Assembly (NCBI RefSeq): GCF_006345805.1
Contig: NC_043016.1
Coordinates: 27,280,001-27,344,000 of the forward strand
Direction of reading: 5' to 3'
DNA length: 64,000 nt
Origin: Octopus sinensis
Taxonomy: Eukaryota
Positions 1 through 12,397 of the stretch are shown one piece after another. Under the pieces are notes generated by a model. That model did no database searches, was not told the DNA's origin, and saw only the letters and a list, made by a program, of their open reading frames with translations. The translations under genes and the position numbers were made by a program. Position 1 is the first letter of the stretch; each line of letters starts with the position of its first letter.

Positions 1-61
1 TAGATGATCTACTGCCTGTTACTGACGGCTAGGATACCTTGACCATTTGTCCTTCATACAT

Positions 62-350
62 GTACATCATCATCATCATCATCATCATTTAGCGTCCGCT
101 TTCCATGCTAGCATGGGTTGGACGGTTCAACTGGGGTCTGTGAAGCTGGAAGGCTTCGTCAGGCCCAGTCAGATCTGGCAGTGTTTCTATGGCTGGATGC
201 CCTTCCTAACGCCAACCACTCCATGAGTGTAGTGGGTGCTTTTTACATGCCACCTGCACAGGTGCCAGACAGAGCTGGCAAATGGCCACGAACGGATGGT
301 GCTTTTACGTGTCACCGACACGGGGGCCAGACAGAGCTGGCAAACGGCCA
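62..350 (-). mobile_element. 3' UTR/tail fragment of RTE-type LINE ending in (GAT)n
   Basis: Reverse complement matches 57830-58082, which follows RTE RT coding sequence; (CAT)n tail at about 66-87. Confidence 0.8.
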
Positions 351-440
351 AGTTTAAGGTAGACATAAGTAATGGTGGTATTTTGATTGATAATAGTGTA
401 GGGTGTGAGAGTGTTGAAACAATGAAAAAAAATGTTATAC

Positions 441-505
441 TCATTCAGTTTCTGGATTTCTTCTTTGGCTCCACTTAAGTGTTTTTCAGAAGTCAACAGA
501 GAACT
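441..505 (-). CDS. probable exon of unidentified coiled-coil protein (SSLLTSEKHLSGAKEEIQKLN)
   Basis: Pyrimidine tract + acceptor ...cccccattatcctatag; continues in phase 0 from exon 1979-2026 with heptad-like sequence; donor GA|gtataa is weak. Confidence 0.5.
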
Positions 506-679
506 CTATAGGATAATGGGGGAAACAATAATAATGACTGTTTCAAATTTTGGCATAATACAAGTAGTTTTAGGGGAAAAGGTGGTGCATCAGCATGGCC
601 GCAGCTCTGAGCTGAAACAAGCGAAAAAAAAAACAAACACACATGCACACATACACTCCCCTCCCACACACACACACAT

Positions 680-1911
680 CTGGGGGTTGGACAAAATAAT
701 GGAAACACCTACAATCATAGCATCATAATTTTGAAATATCTATAAAACCATCAAAAGCTTGTTTGTTTTTATGTTTCTTGATTTATTATTAGTGTTGCTT
801 AATATGTTTTGCTAAAATTACTGTTTCTTTTCAGATATTATCAGAAAAGGGTAATTAAAATTCATTAAAATGACAGATCTATCGAACTTTCAAAGAGGTC
901 AAATTGTTGGTGCTCGTATGCCAGGTGCTAGCATAATGGAAACAGCTGAAATGTTTGGTGCATCAAGAAGTACTGTCTTGAAAGTAATGACAGCCTTTGA
1001 GAAAGAGGGAAGAACCTCCTCATCGACACAAAACTCTGGAAGAAAACCAAACTTTCAGATAGGGACTGTCAGACTCTTATGCGAATTGTTAGGAAGGATC
1101 ACAAAAGTACAGCTCCCAAGATTACTGCAGAGTTTAATGACTACCTCAAGAACCCAGTTTTCACAAAAACTGGAGCTGCACAAAGCCGGATTTCATGGGA
1201 GGGCTGCAAATCAGAAAACCACTACTTTCAAAAAGCAAATGTTGCAAAGCTTTTAGAGTGGAGTAAAAACCTACAGAATTAGTCCCAGAGCAGTGGAAGA
1301 ATGCTATTTTCTCAGAAGAGTCAGCCTTTAACTTATTTCCGACCACCGCTGAGTATACATGTGGAGACAGCCAAAAGAAGCACTTGACCCAGACTGCCTT
1401 CTTCCAAGTGTTAAACATGGAGGAGGATCTGTGATGATCTTGGAAATCCGCCAGACCAATGGTTTCCCTTCATGGTAGAATTAATAGTCAAGACAATTTA
1501 AGCATTTTATCTGATCAAATTCATCCTATGGTTACAGAACTGTTTTTGAAGGGAAACAATCTTTCATAATGATAATGTACCAATTAATACAGCTAAAGTT
1601 GTTACTGAATGGCATGAGGAACATTCTAGTGAAGTTGAACATCTTATCTGGCCACCACAGTCCCCAGATCTCAATATTATTGGAACATTTATGGTGCATT
1701 TTAGAAAAATGAGTAAGGAGTCAATATCCTTCACCATCATCACAACAAGAACTGGAGACTGTTTTAGCAGAAGAATGGACAAAAGTTCCTTTGGAAACAA
1801 TTCAAACTTTGTGTGAGACCATACCTCATAGAATTCAAGGCAGTCCTACCTCATATTAAAATAAATTTGTTTGAAATTTTAAGGAGTGTCTATTATTTTG
1901 TTCAACCCCTG
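680..1911 (+). mobile_element. Tc1-like DNA transposon, decayed
   Basis: TIRs 680-710 (ctgggggttggacaaaataatggaaacacct) and 1882-1911; broken transposase from 870 with HTH (FQRGQIVGAR) and WPPQSPDLNII motif. Confidence 0.9.
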
Positions 1912-1978
1912 CACATCTGTGTAGATAAATGAAAAAGAAAGGAAGCATGATAAAAAATGAGTGAATGCAAATAATCAC

Positions 1979-2026
1979 CTGGAGGTGTTTTAACTCATTC
2001 TTCAATATTCTGTTTTCTTCCAAAAT
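1979..2026 (-). CDS. 48-bp exon of coiled-coil protein (ILEENRILKNELKHLQ)
   Basis: Acceptor ttttttttaaag, donor CAG|gtgatt, phase 0/0, in frame with exon 2886-3338. Confidence 0.75.
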
Positions 2027-2467
2027 CTTTAAAAAAAAAAAAACACATAAAAATATATTTATTCAAATTTTTTAATAAAAAAGCAATCACAGGACTCTAG
2101 CAATAATGGGTCTTTTTAATATCCAAAATTATTTCTGTCCTTCTGATACACACTGTGTTGTATATAAGATACATATTACTTAATTAAAGACAAATCATTT
2201 CCAGTACAAATATGCAAATTAAGTTATCCACAGGGGTTATATCTAAATTTGCAACTGCATTATATAACAGCTGAATATCTTGTTTTTTCATAGTATGTCA
2301 CCACTGAGGAGCAGTCATCACCAGAAGTTTCACTTGTTTTTTTTTTGTACATTAACAGCATATTGGGATTGTGTTTACATCCTTATAATTTCCTGTCACA
2401 GCTAACGTTTTCTACTATTTAAATCTATTTCTTTCCACCCAATTAAAAAGCTGTGTTTTACTTTGTG

Positions 2468-2836
2468 TATGTGTCTTTGTGTGTGTGTGTGTGTATAATT
2501 ATGTATGTATGTATCTATCCACCTGTCTGTCTGTCTATCTATCTACCTACCTACCTACCTATCTATCTATCCATCCATCCATCCATCCATCAATCCATCC
2601 ATCCATCAATCCATCCATCCATCCATCCATCAATCCATCCATCTATACATACATACATACATACATACATACATACATACATACATACATACATACATAC
2701 ATACATACATGCATACATACATACATACATACATGCATACATACACACATACATACATGCATGCATACACACATACATACATACATATATATACATACAT
2801 ATATACATACATGCACACACATATATACATATATAT
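2468..2836. repeat. compound microsatellite (GT)n/(CCAT)n/(ACAT)n
   Basis: Visible directly. Confidence 0.95.
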
Positions 2837-2885
2837 TCAAAGAGAAGTGAGACAGGGAGGGAGAAAGGGAGAGTTGTTTAATTAC

Positions 2886-3338
2886 CTTGAACTTTTGACT
2901 ATTTTGGAAAGCAATCTGGAAAATATTTGCATTGTTTGCGTTTTGGCAGGAATTTTCTTGCTGGGATTTACAAGTGTTTTCAGAACTCGCCATAGAAGAT
3001 GATCCTTGTGGAGAAGTAACATCTTTCTTTACTACGTCAGGTTGATTCCCTAAGGGTTGTAGGTTTCCCATTGAAATATTACTCTGTAAAGACTGTTGGA
3101 ATCCAAGTCTAAGAAAAGTCTTGGGAATGAAATAAGTTGACTTATTTAGCTCAGGGCAATCATCGTTGAGACTTCTTTGCATCAGGAAGTCATCTTTGTG
3201 TGACACTGTTCCTGATGGCAATAATTGGTTATAAAATACATCTTTGGCTCTTTGGATGATTTGCCAATTTTTTTTGCAAAGCGACTGCATATCTTTTAAA
3301 TATTCTTCTAATATATATATGCCATAAATGAAGTTATC
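2886..3338 (-). CDS. 453-bp exon of unidentified host gene (DNFIYGIYILEEYLKDMQSLC...AFQNSQKFK)
   Basis: Acceptor tttgtttttcag, donor AAG|gtaatt, 151 open codons, phase 0/0. Confidence 0.85.
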
Positions 3339-3486
3339 CTGAAAAACAAAGAGAAAAGTTTATGATATAGATAAATAGAATGTTTTATATTCATAAAAAT
3401 TTAGAAATGTCAAGTTATATAAAATAATTCATTTTTACCAGTTGAACTCAAAGTAGATAAAGCTATAAAGAATAGTAAGTAAATAT

Positions 3487-3701
3487 TGATTTCAAATTTT
3501 GGCACAAGGCCAGCAATTTAGGGAGAGTGGGTAAGTTGATTACATTGACCCCAATGTTCAACTGGTACTTATTTTGTCGACCCCAAAAGGACGAAAAGCT
3601 AAGTCAATCTCAGAGGAATTTGAATTGAGAATGCAAAGATGGATGAGATGCTGCTAAGCATTTTGTTTGGCATGCTAATGATTCTACCAGCTCGCCACCT
3701 T
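3487..3701 (-). mobile_element. degenerate SINE, same family as 35179-35473
   Basis: Reverse match to ...gtcgactttgcctttcatcctttcggggtcgataaa...aagtaccag. Confidence 0.7.
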
Positions 3702-3885
3702 AGTAGTGTGTAAATATTGGGTTAAAAAAACCCCCTTGAACTGAAAAAGTCAAAGGCTTCAAATTTTATAGCTTTATCTAGTCAAGTTCCACTGTTAGAC
3801 ATGACTTATTTCATATCTTTTGAAGTATATAAATTCATATAACATAACAACATGCAATTTTCACTGGTTAGGATAAAGTTTGTTT

Positions 3886-4608
3886 ATGGCTCAGTTGTTA
3901 AAGTATCAGGCTCACATCATGAGTAGTGAGTTCGATTCCTAGACCAGGCTGTGTATTGTGTTCTTGAGCAAGGCACTTTATTTCATGTTGCTCCAGTTCA
4001 CTCAGCTGTAGAAATGATTTGCAGTGTCACTAGTGCCAAGCTGTACCAGCCTTTGCCTTTCCCTTGGACAATATTGGTGATGTGTAGAGGTGCAATGGCC
4101 TAAAGGTTAGGGCAGTGGACTCGCAGTCATAGGATCGCGGTTTTGATTCCCAGACTGGGTGTTGTGAGTGTTTATTGAGCAAAAATACCTAAAGCTCCAC
4201 GAGGCTCCGGCAGGGGGTGGTGGCGAACCTTGCTGTACTCGTTCACCACAACTTTCTCTCACTCTATCTTCCTGTTTCTGTTGTACCTGTATTTCAAAGG
4301 GCCAGCCTTGTCACACTCTGTGTCACACTGAATCTCCTCTGAGAACTATGTTAAGGGTACACGTGTCTATGGAGTGCTCAGCCACTTGTGCGTTAATTTC
4401 ATGAGCAGGTTGTTTTGTTGATCCAATCAACTGGAACCATTGTCATCGTAACCGATGGAGTGCCACCATTGGTGATGTGGAGAGGGGAGGCTGGTATGTA
4501 TGGACAACTGCTGGTCTTCCATAAACAATCTTGCCAGGACTTGTGCCTAGGAGGGTAATTTTCTAGGTGCAATCCCATGGTCAGTCATGACTGAAGGGGA
4601 TCATTACC
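3886..4608 (+). mobile_element. tRNA-derived SINE carrying a nested second SINE (about 4085-4467)
   Basis: A/B-box-like heads (tggctcagttg...gttcgattcc; tggcctaaagg...gttttgattcc); TSD attggtgatgtg at 4073-4084 and 4468-4479. Confidence 0.75.
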
Positions 4609-4929
4609 TAGAATAAAGTTTCTAAAATGGATGGAGAAATTGAAAGGATTGCTTTGGTACAACAGTAGAACACCTGTCAGGAAATGCAGGTTTGTGTCCC
4701 ACAAGAGGTCTTTCACTTTTTTGTCCAAGGGGCTTTTAAAACCAATATTTATTCACTACTATTTATAATTTTATCTACTTTGAGTTCAACCATTAAAAAT
4801 AAAATGCAACAACAACAGAAACATCATCAAGTACTCTTTCTTTTGACCTTTCAGTCAAGGAAAATTCCCATGAATGACACCAACAAATCCATATTTGGAA
4901 TAATGGGAAAAGTAGTGTTGATTACTTAC

Positions 4930-5084
4930 ATCCGTTTCATGGCTGGAGGATTTGGATTCTGCTGGAGGAGATTCACCAGTTGTGGTGGATGTACTAGGAG
5001 GGGTGGATGTAAAATTTGGTGATGCTACAGTATCTGGGGGAGATGTGTTAGATGGAACAGATGCAGCCATTGCAGAATCAATTC
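4930..5084 (-). CDS. 155-bp Ser/Thr/Pro-rich exon of the same host gene (IDSAMAASVPSNTSPP...SHETD)
   Basis: Acceptor tctttctcattttcag, donor GAT|gtaagt, phase 0 matches exon 2886-3338. Confidence 0.8.
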
Positions 5085-5517
5085 CTGAAAATGAGAAAGA
5101 TTAGAAAGCATTTGTCACTTTGAAATATCAAAAAATTCATATTTACTGTTGACATAATTTTTAGAGATTATTTGATGAAGTCCAGAGTTTCTGATAGGGT
5201 AGGAGGTGGTCTATAGACTATGATCTATCAAGAGGGTGTAGGAATGCGGGAACTGTGAGGAATGAGAGGTATGTGCATATGTCTGTCTGTGTATGGGGGT
5301 GGGGGTGAATTGCAAAATGTTTTATAATGATGGTGCTCTTCACTTGTACTGGTGCCATGGAAGAAGGATTCAGTACACTCTTTAAAGTGTTTAGTGTTAG
5401 GAAGAGCATCCAGTCTTTGAAACCATGCCAAAGCAGAAGATATTGGAGTATGACATAGTCCTATGACATGTAAAAACCTGTTAAACTATCCAACACATGC
5501 CAGCAGGGAAGCTGAAT

Positions 5518-5617
5518 NNNNNNNNNNNNNNNNNNNNNNNNNNNNNNNNNNNNNNNNNNNNNNNNNNNNNNNNNNNNNNNNNNNNNNNNNNNNNNNNNNN
5601 NNNNNNNNNNNNNNNNN
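5518..5617. other. assembly gap (100 N)
   Basis: Run of N. Confidence 0.99.
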
Positions 5618-5699
5618 ATATCGAAGGAAATGAAACTAAATTTATACTGAATAAAATATATCATAAATGCAAGCATTATACAAATTTGGAACACAAAAC

Positions 5700-6830
5700 A
5701 TTAAACATTTTCAAAGATATGAATGAAATATTAATTTTCAAACGATACAAAAATATGGACACCCAAAAGGATTATTTACTATATTCAATATTCGGTGTGA
5801 CTGCCCTTGCTTTCAATGACTGCATTAAGGCATAGAGTCGACTAAATTTCCGCATTTAACCGATGAAATCAACCTCCATTTATCCTGAATGATGTCTTTC
5901 AACTGTGTTATGTTACGGTTTTTTTCTCTTCAACCTTTCTTTTCAAAACACCCCACAGATGTTCCATTGGGTTTAAATCAAGTGACAATGGTAGGTCAAG
6001 GCAATACCTTCACCTTTTTATCTGATAAAAACTTAATCGGCATCTTTGAAGTGTGTTTAGGGTTATTATCATGATGCTTTTCAACATTGTTTTCTGCAAT
6101 ATGTCACAATAAAGTTTTGAATCCATTGTTCTCTCAAAAAATGTGTGTCCTCCCACACCAGGCGCACTCATGCATCCCCAATGCATAACACTTCCGTCGC
6201 CATTTCACGGTAGGCACGGTGCATTTGTCGCTATTATTTTCATCTGGTTGTCGCCATACTCGTTTGACCCAAATCATCTGACCCAAACAAGTTGATTTTA
6301 GTCTCGTCAGAAAAAAAAATTTATTCCCAAACTCCTTCCTCTTACTCTCATAGGCTTCGGCAAAAGAAATACAACATGATTTATGCCTGGCAGTGAGGAG
6401 AGGCTTCCTATGAGAAATGCATCCATGAAAACCACACCGGTTCAAACATCGGCGCACTGTTTGGGTGGATACACCATTTCCACTATCAGAAGATACTTCT
6501 TGGGCCAAAGATGAAGCGGTATGACGCCTGTCGTCCATCACGCAACGTTGGATGTGGCGAATATCATGTGCAGTTAAAATAGAAGGACGACCTGGATGAT
6601 GTTTATTGCTTAGCCATCCAGTAGCTTTGTACTTCTGAATTACTTTGGCAATTGTGTTTACGCTAATATGTATTCGGTTATTAATTAACTTGTATCCTAA
6701 ATAATTCTTGTGCAAATTAAAAATAATTTTCTTCAAATCTTTAGATAATTCTTTTCCTTTTGGTGCCATTTTAATCACAATGAAGAAGATTTTCACCACG
6801 GCACACAAATCAGAATTCCTGCAGATGCAA
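5700..6830 (-). mobile_element. Tc1-like transposase remnant
   Basis: MAPKGKELSKDLKKII HTH, HDNNPKHTS and DLNPMEHLW motifs with frameshifts; TIRs not resolved. Confidence 0.85.
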
Positions 6831-6913
6831 TAACAATGACCGGCACGAAAATGCCAGAAGAAATAATTATTAGAATTGAAATCAGCAGCAAGATATATAT
6901 ATATATATATAGG

Positions 6914-6958
<45 letters not shown>

Positions 6959-7503
6959 TTTGTTGGATTAAATTTGAATATATATATGAGCTGTTGGGCT
7001 AAATTTATATATTGCTTCCACTGCTAGTGATATATCTCTTTTTATAAAAGGCAGATTTTATCTGCCTCCCTTTGTCAGTTATAGAAATCTACAATATAGG
7101 ATTTCTTCAATTACAATTTACCTAGCATTTTTAAGAGTAGAATGCATCGGGTCATGCCAGGTCCAGTTTTTAAAATTTAAACTCCAATTAAGCAAAATTT
7201 ACAGAAAACTCACATTCTGGTGTGTATGTCAAATGCTTTTCTTAATGTGGTTTACACCACACGCACACGCACACACACAGTGTGCAACGAATAAATGAAA
7301 GTAATTCACTGTGTGTTGACAGGTAGACAATAGAATGCGATGGCGATGTAATATTTGTTTCTGTCTATCACGCTGATAGATACATGAGTAAAATGTATAT
7401 GCAAGCTAAGAGATAAGAGTGAGTGAAAATGTTCTTGGAAGAGAGTAAATAGCGAGAGTGATTGGAGGAAGACTTTACATTAAATAACCGTAGTGGCTTG
7501 TAT

Positions 7504-7537
<34 letters not shown>

Positions 7538-7538
7538 C

Positions 7539-7808
7539 ACATAAGACAGTAAGGAGTGATTTGAGGGAGATTTGGCTGCTATTTCTACCATGTCTAGCTG
7601 CCATGTAGGGGTCTCCCTCATAGGCTCATACATACAACATATATACATAGATAAGACAGTAGGTGTGATTTGGGGGAAATTTGGCTGCTATTTCTACCAG
7701 GTCTAGCTACCATGTAGAGGTCCACCTCATTGGCTCATATATATATACATACATAAGACAGTAAGGTGTGATTTGAGGGAGATTTGGCTGCTGTTTCTAC
7801 CAGGTCTG
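7539..7808. repeat. three tandem copies of a ~110-bp unit
   Basis: ataagacagta(a)gg..tgattt..ggga.atttggctgct.tttctacca at about 7540, 7650 and 7752. Confidence 0.85.
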
Positions 7809-8182
7809 TTAGGCTTTCTCATGTAAACTCAAGCTTTCTCATGCCTTGAACATAAGACCAAAGCAGAGAATGTATTCTTTTATTCTTCTGCTTTTTCCAG
7901 CCATTGGTCTGTGGCCATGCTGGGGCAATGCCTTGAAGAATTGTAGTTTAATGAATCAACTCCAGTTTTATTTTTGTAAGCATTGTACTTATTCTATCTG
8001 TTTCCTTTGTCAAACCACTAGGTGACAGGGATGTAAACAAACCAACATTCGTTGTCAAGCAGTGGTGGAGGACAATCACAAGCACAGACACGCACACACA
8101 CAACACACATACATGCATACACATATACACACACATACATACATACATACGTACATATATATATATATGTGTGTATATATAT

Positions 8183-8505
8183 ATTGCAGCGTGGAAGGTG
8201 TTTGTAAGCCATTTAAGAAACACACAAAAACCGTTAGATTCACTTCAACATTTAAATTTAATTTGCCAAAATATTTTCCTCGCTTTGAGACCGCGACCTG
8301 TTCACTGACAAAAATATCGTGCTAACAGGTCGCGGTCTCAAAGCGACGAAAATATTTTGACAAATTAAATTAAATGTTGAAGTGAATCTAACGGTTTTTG
8401 TGTGTTTCTTAAATGGCTTATAAACACCTTCAACGCTGCAACTGTTTTCGTTCCAGCACACGATCTCAGATCAAGTCACTTGCTATGCAAGTACATCTCT
8501 GTAAC
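8183..8505. mobile_element. palindromic non-autonomous element, family A (hammerhead-like fold with G3-C8 core)
   Basis: About 130-bp inverted arms within (TA)n; sister copies at 40903-41234 and 47467-47757. Confidence 0.75.
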
Positions 8506-8597
8506 TATATATATATTATATATATAATATATATTGGTAAAAACTGTAAGATAACAAAAGAAAGAAAGAGACCTCAATATTATGTAAATAGAGGAAA

Positions 8598-8988
8598 TCT
8601 TTATATATAAAAGTGAGGTTGTGTGTCTGTCTCCTACGATTTAGATTCCTAACTACTCCCACATTTTGCGGTGCAGTTTAACCAAACCGGGTATCTTATA
8701 GTCGTGATTCATATCGAGACCGTCTGGGTATTAGCGCGCGTCTACGATGAGTCTACGATTTAAAAAAATTTACCATCAATTTTTCCCATTTTAATCCATT
8801 TTTGACATATATAAGGGAAGTAACTCTCTAAAATTTATTATTAAATCTCAGAACGTAAAAAGCTACAGTAACACCCCTCCCCCTTTGTGGTTAGCCATAT
8901 TGAGATGGCTATTATACTTTACATCTCTAAAAATGCTTATATAATTATTTCCCTTACAAACCCGAGCAACGCCGGGCGATACTGCTAG
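8598..8988 (+). mobile_element. non-autonomous Helitron
   Basis: Sits between A and T; 5' TC, 3' hairpin cccgagcaacgccggg then CTAG; no TSD. Confidence 0.8.
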
Positions 8989-9429
8989 TTGTATATAAAA
9001 GGTGCAGAGCTTGCACCGAAAACCAGCTGGCAGAGAATCCGCCTGTGGTTAAACTAGTAGTGACGTTCATCTGCCACTTTGATGTAGCTACTCGCTTTAC
9101 TGTTTAGTATATGTTGTTACTACTTTATCTCTTCCTGAAATTTTATACCAATATATATATGTGTGTGTGTGTGTTCTGTCCTCACCTTCGATACACGCTG
9201 GAGTTGAATTAGGGACAGCTGATGAAGGGGATATTTCCTTGTGTAGTTGCCTTGTACTCTGTTTTTTCGTTGTTAAAAAATGTTTTTACTTTTTCGTTTC
9301 TCGTTGAGTTCTACGTCTATTTGTGGTGTCCTGTACACACGTATATATATTTATATATGCATGTATATATACATGTAGATGTAGGTACGTACATATATGT
9401 TTGTATGTATGCATATATTTTATTTATTA

Positions 9430-9520
<91 letters not shown>

Positions 9521-10477
9521 ATGAAGGCATTGTTCTTTATGTCGCCTGTCTCGTTTTTCTATTTGTTTCTTTTGTTGTTGTTCCAAAAAAGTACGTTTTT
9601 CATGTTGTTTACGTTTTTTGACGCCCTGTACTCATATATGCACGTGTATATACACTATATATATGCATATATATATTATTTATATTATTATATGATCGAA
9701 CGCCACGTATCCATTTCCAAGTAAGTTTTATCTTAATAATGCTGATTCGACACTATTCTATCACAATCTCTATTCCTCTCTCTCTTTCGCTTTCTATTTT
9801 CTTTTTTCTCTCCCACCATTTCTCTCTAATTCTTCCCTCCCTTTCACCGTTCTCTATCTGTCCCTCTCTTTCCTCACACTTCTTCGTTGACTCTCTCGTT
9901 GTTCACATGTGACCAGCAGCCATCTTTCTTCTCCTAACTCGAATTCTTTCTTTCTTCTCGTTCAGCTACAAGAGATAGCATGCATTTTTGCCTGTCTCCT
10001 GTCAAAGCTTGTTTACCAGCGTTCACCACTTCACCATGTTATGGCTTAACAACCCTCACCGTTTGTTTTAACTGTCCTGTTTTTGTTACCAACTTTGACC
10101 CTCTGCAAATCCCAAATTTTATTTAATTTGCATTGCGGGAGCGACTGTTTTGATGAAGACGCATCTTGTTCTGAGACTCAAAATGTGGAGTAGATAAAAC
10201 AGTGGACAACTGACGAAGGGATTGTTCTTTATGTTGTCTGTCTCGTTTTCCCATTTGTTTCTTTCGTGATCAAAAAAAGTTCGTTTTCTATGTTTTTGTA
10301 ATTCATGTTCTCGATTTTCATGTTACCTTTTTTGATATCCTGTACCTATATATGCATGTGTATAAACATATATATGTAAGTATGTACATATGCATACATA
10401 CATATATATATATACATAAGCTTTTGGGTTAAATCTCTCTCTGTCTCTATCTCTCTCTTTCTCTCCCTCTCTTTGCC

Positions 10478-10538
<61 letters not shown>

Positions 10539-10539
10539 T

Positions 10540-10912
10540 CATTCTTTTACCTGTTTCAGTCATATGACTGCGGTCATACTGGAGCACCGTCTTTAGTCGA
10601 GCGAATCGACTCCAAGACTTATTCTTTGTAAGCCTAGTACTTATTCTATCTTTTGCCTAACTGCTAAGTTACCGTGACGTAAACGCACCGGCATCGGTTG
10701 TCAAGCGATGCTGGGGAGGGGGTACAAACACAAACAGACAAACATATACACACACATGACGGGCTTCTTTCAGTTTCCGTCTTCTAAATCCACTCACAAG
10801 GCTTTGGTCGGCCCGAGGCTATAATAGAAGACACTTGCCGAAGTTGTCACGCAGTGGGACTGAACCTGAACCATGTGGTTAGGAAGCAAGCTAATTACCA
10901 CACAGCCACTCC
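10540..10912 (-). mobile_element. tRNA/CORE-type SINE
   Basis: Same family as 16176-16577. Confidence 0.85.
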
Positions 10913-10916
10913 AACA

Positions 10917-12155
10917 TTAAGTCATCCCATAAGTAAAGCCCGAATTTTGACTAAGGGAAACTAATTTTACATTTTATCAAAATTTAATCCTGTTTATAAT
11001 TCACATCATTATCGATGTCTTCCTTCCATCTACTCATCAGTTTTTTTAATTCCATTGTTGAAAAACACTTTTGGACTTGGTGAGAAGGAAGCGAGGTCAG
11101 TTCCGACCTGTTTGGGGATTATTCTACAAGCTTCGAAACAAATGGTAATCAGGAGTGAGCTCCGAGAAATAAGGTGTGTAAGGGAGTTTTTCCCAGCCAA
11201 GTTCTTCAATGTTTTCTGATGTAATCTTTGCAGTGTAGTGCTTTGCATTATCATGATGAAACACCACTCCCTTACGATTAACCAAAGCAAGCCTTTTTAA
11301 AATTCAAACCAGCATCCAAACGCTCTAATTGTTGGCAGTATGTATGAACAATAATTGTTTTTTTTGTTTTTTTGGGATTTTTTTCAGTTGGTAGCAGCTC
11401 CAATACAATCTCACCAAACAGAAAGAAGAACCTTTTTTGCATGGGGGCCCTTTTGGGGTTGTAGTTTAGCTTGTTTTCCATCGCAAGCGTCGCTTACCAT
11501 TTTCATAAAAAATCCATGTTTCATCACTAGTCACTATTTTGTTCAAAAGTGGTGATATACATTAAGAATAGCGAAAAGATAAGAAAATCCCCACTCGTGA
11601 TTTTTGGTTGGCGTCTGTCAAATCATGGGGAACCTATTGTCCAAGTTTGTGCACCTTTCCAATCTATTGAAGATGGCGGAGAATAGTTGAATGGCTTGAA
11701 TTGAGCTTTCTTGCCAATTCTTTAACTGACACAGCATTATCCTTCTCAAGCTCTGACAAAAGAAGCTCATCCTCAAATTCAACAGGGCGTCTTGTTCGTG
11801 GCCTCTCTCTTCGGCTAAATCACCATTTTTTAATTTTGCAAACCATCTTCTGCAACTTCTTTCGTTCAAGCACTCCTACCTACAAACAGAATGGATACTT
11901 CAGGTTGCTACTGCTGCACCGTTTCCTTTTTTTGGACTCATAAAGTATAACTGTGCCTTAAATGCTCCTTCGATACGTCCATCTTTGAGGGGTTAATATT
12001 AGTAATTACTTCAATTAGATTATTTTGTGAAAAGAAATTATATTAAGTTAAAGGTTTCCTTATAAGTTTCAATACCATTTGTCATTTTAGAATACTGTAA
12101 AATTTGATAGCAATTTCATATATGATATTCGGACATTAATTATGGGATGACCATA
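10917..12155 (-). mobile_element. mariner-like DNA transposon, decayed
   Basis: TIRs gtcatcccataagtaaagcccgaat / attcggacattaattatgggatgac; CRRWFAKLKNGD, VTSDETWIFYEN and HHDNAK fragments. Confidence 0.85.
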
Positions 12156-12239
12156 TATTATATATATATATATATATATTATGTGTGTGTGTGTGTGTGT
12201 GTGTGCGTGTGTGTGCGTGTGTGTGTGTGTGTGTGTATA

Positions 12240-12280
<41 letters not shown>

Positions 12281-12359
12281 CATATATATATATATATCTC
12301 ATGATAGATCTTTAGCTCCTACACGCATTTTTTTCTCTCCTTGATTTTTTCTGTGTGTA

Positions 12360-12397
12360 TCTTTCTGTCGAAGAGCGTAGGCTCGAAACGTAAAAGA
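12360..12397 (+). ncRNA. minimal hammerhead-like motif in PLE-type terminal repeat (about 12300-12490)
   Basis: TCTTT-CTGTCGA-A-GAGC-GTAG-GCTC-GAAA-CGTA-AAAGA; A6U core change. Confidence 0.55.

Noticed and set aside
2453-3002. HT/YI/VCM-rich ORFs here and at 41350-41859, 43652-44363, 44713-45258 and similar
   Set aside because: Translations of dinucleotide and tetranucleotide microsatellites
7030-7450. Helitron-like 5' start, and a minus-strand Helitron-like 3' end at 33472-33505
   Set aside because: Opposite termini could not be located
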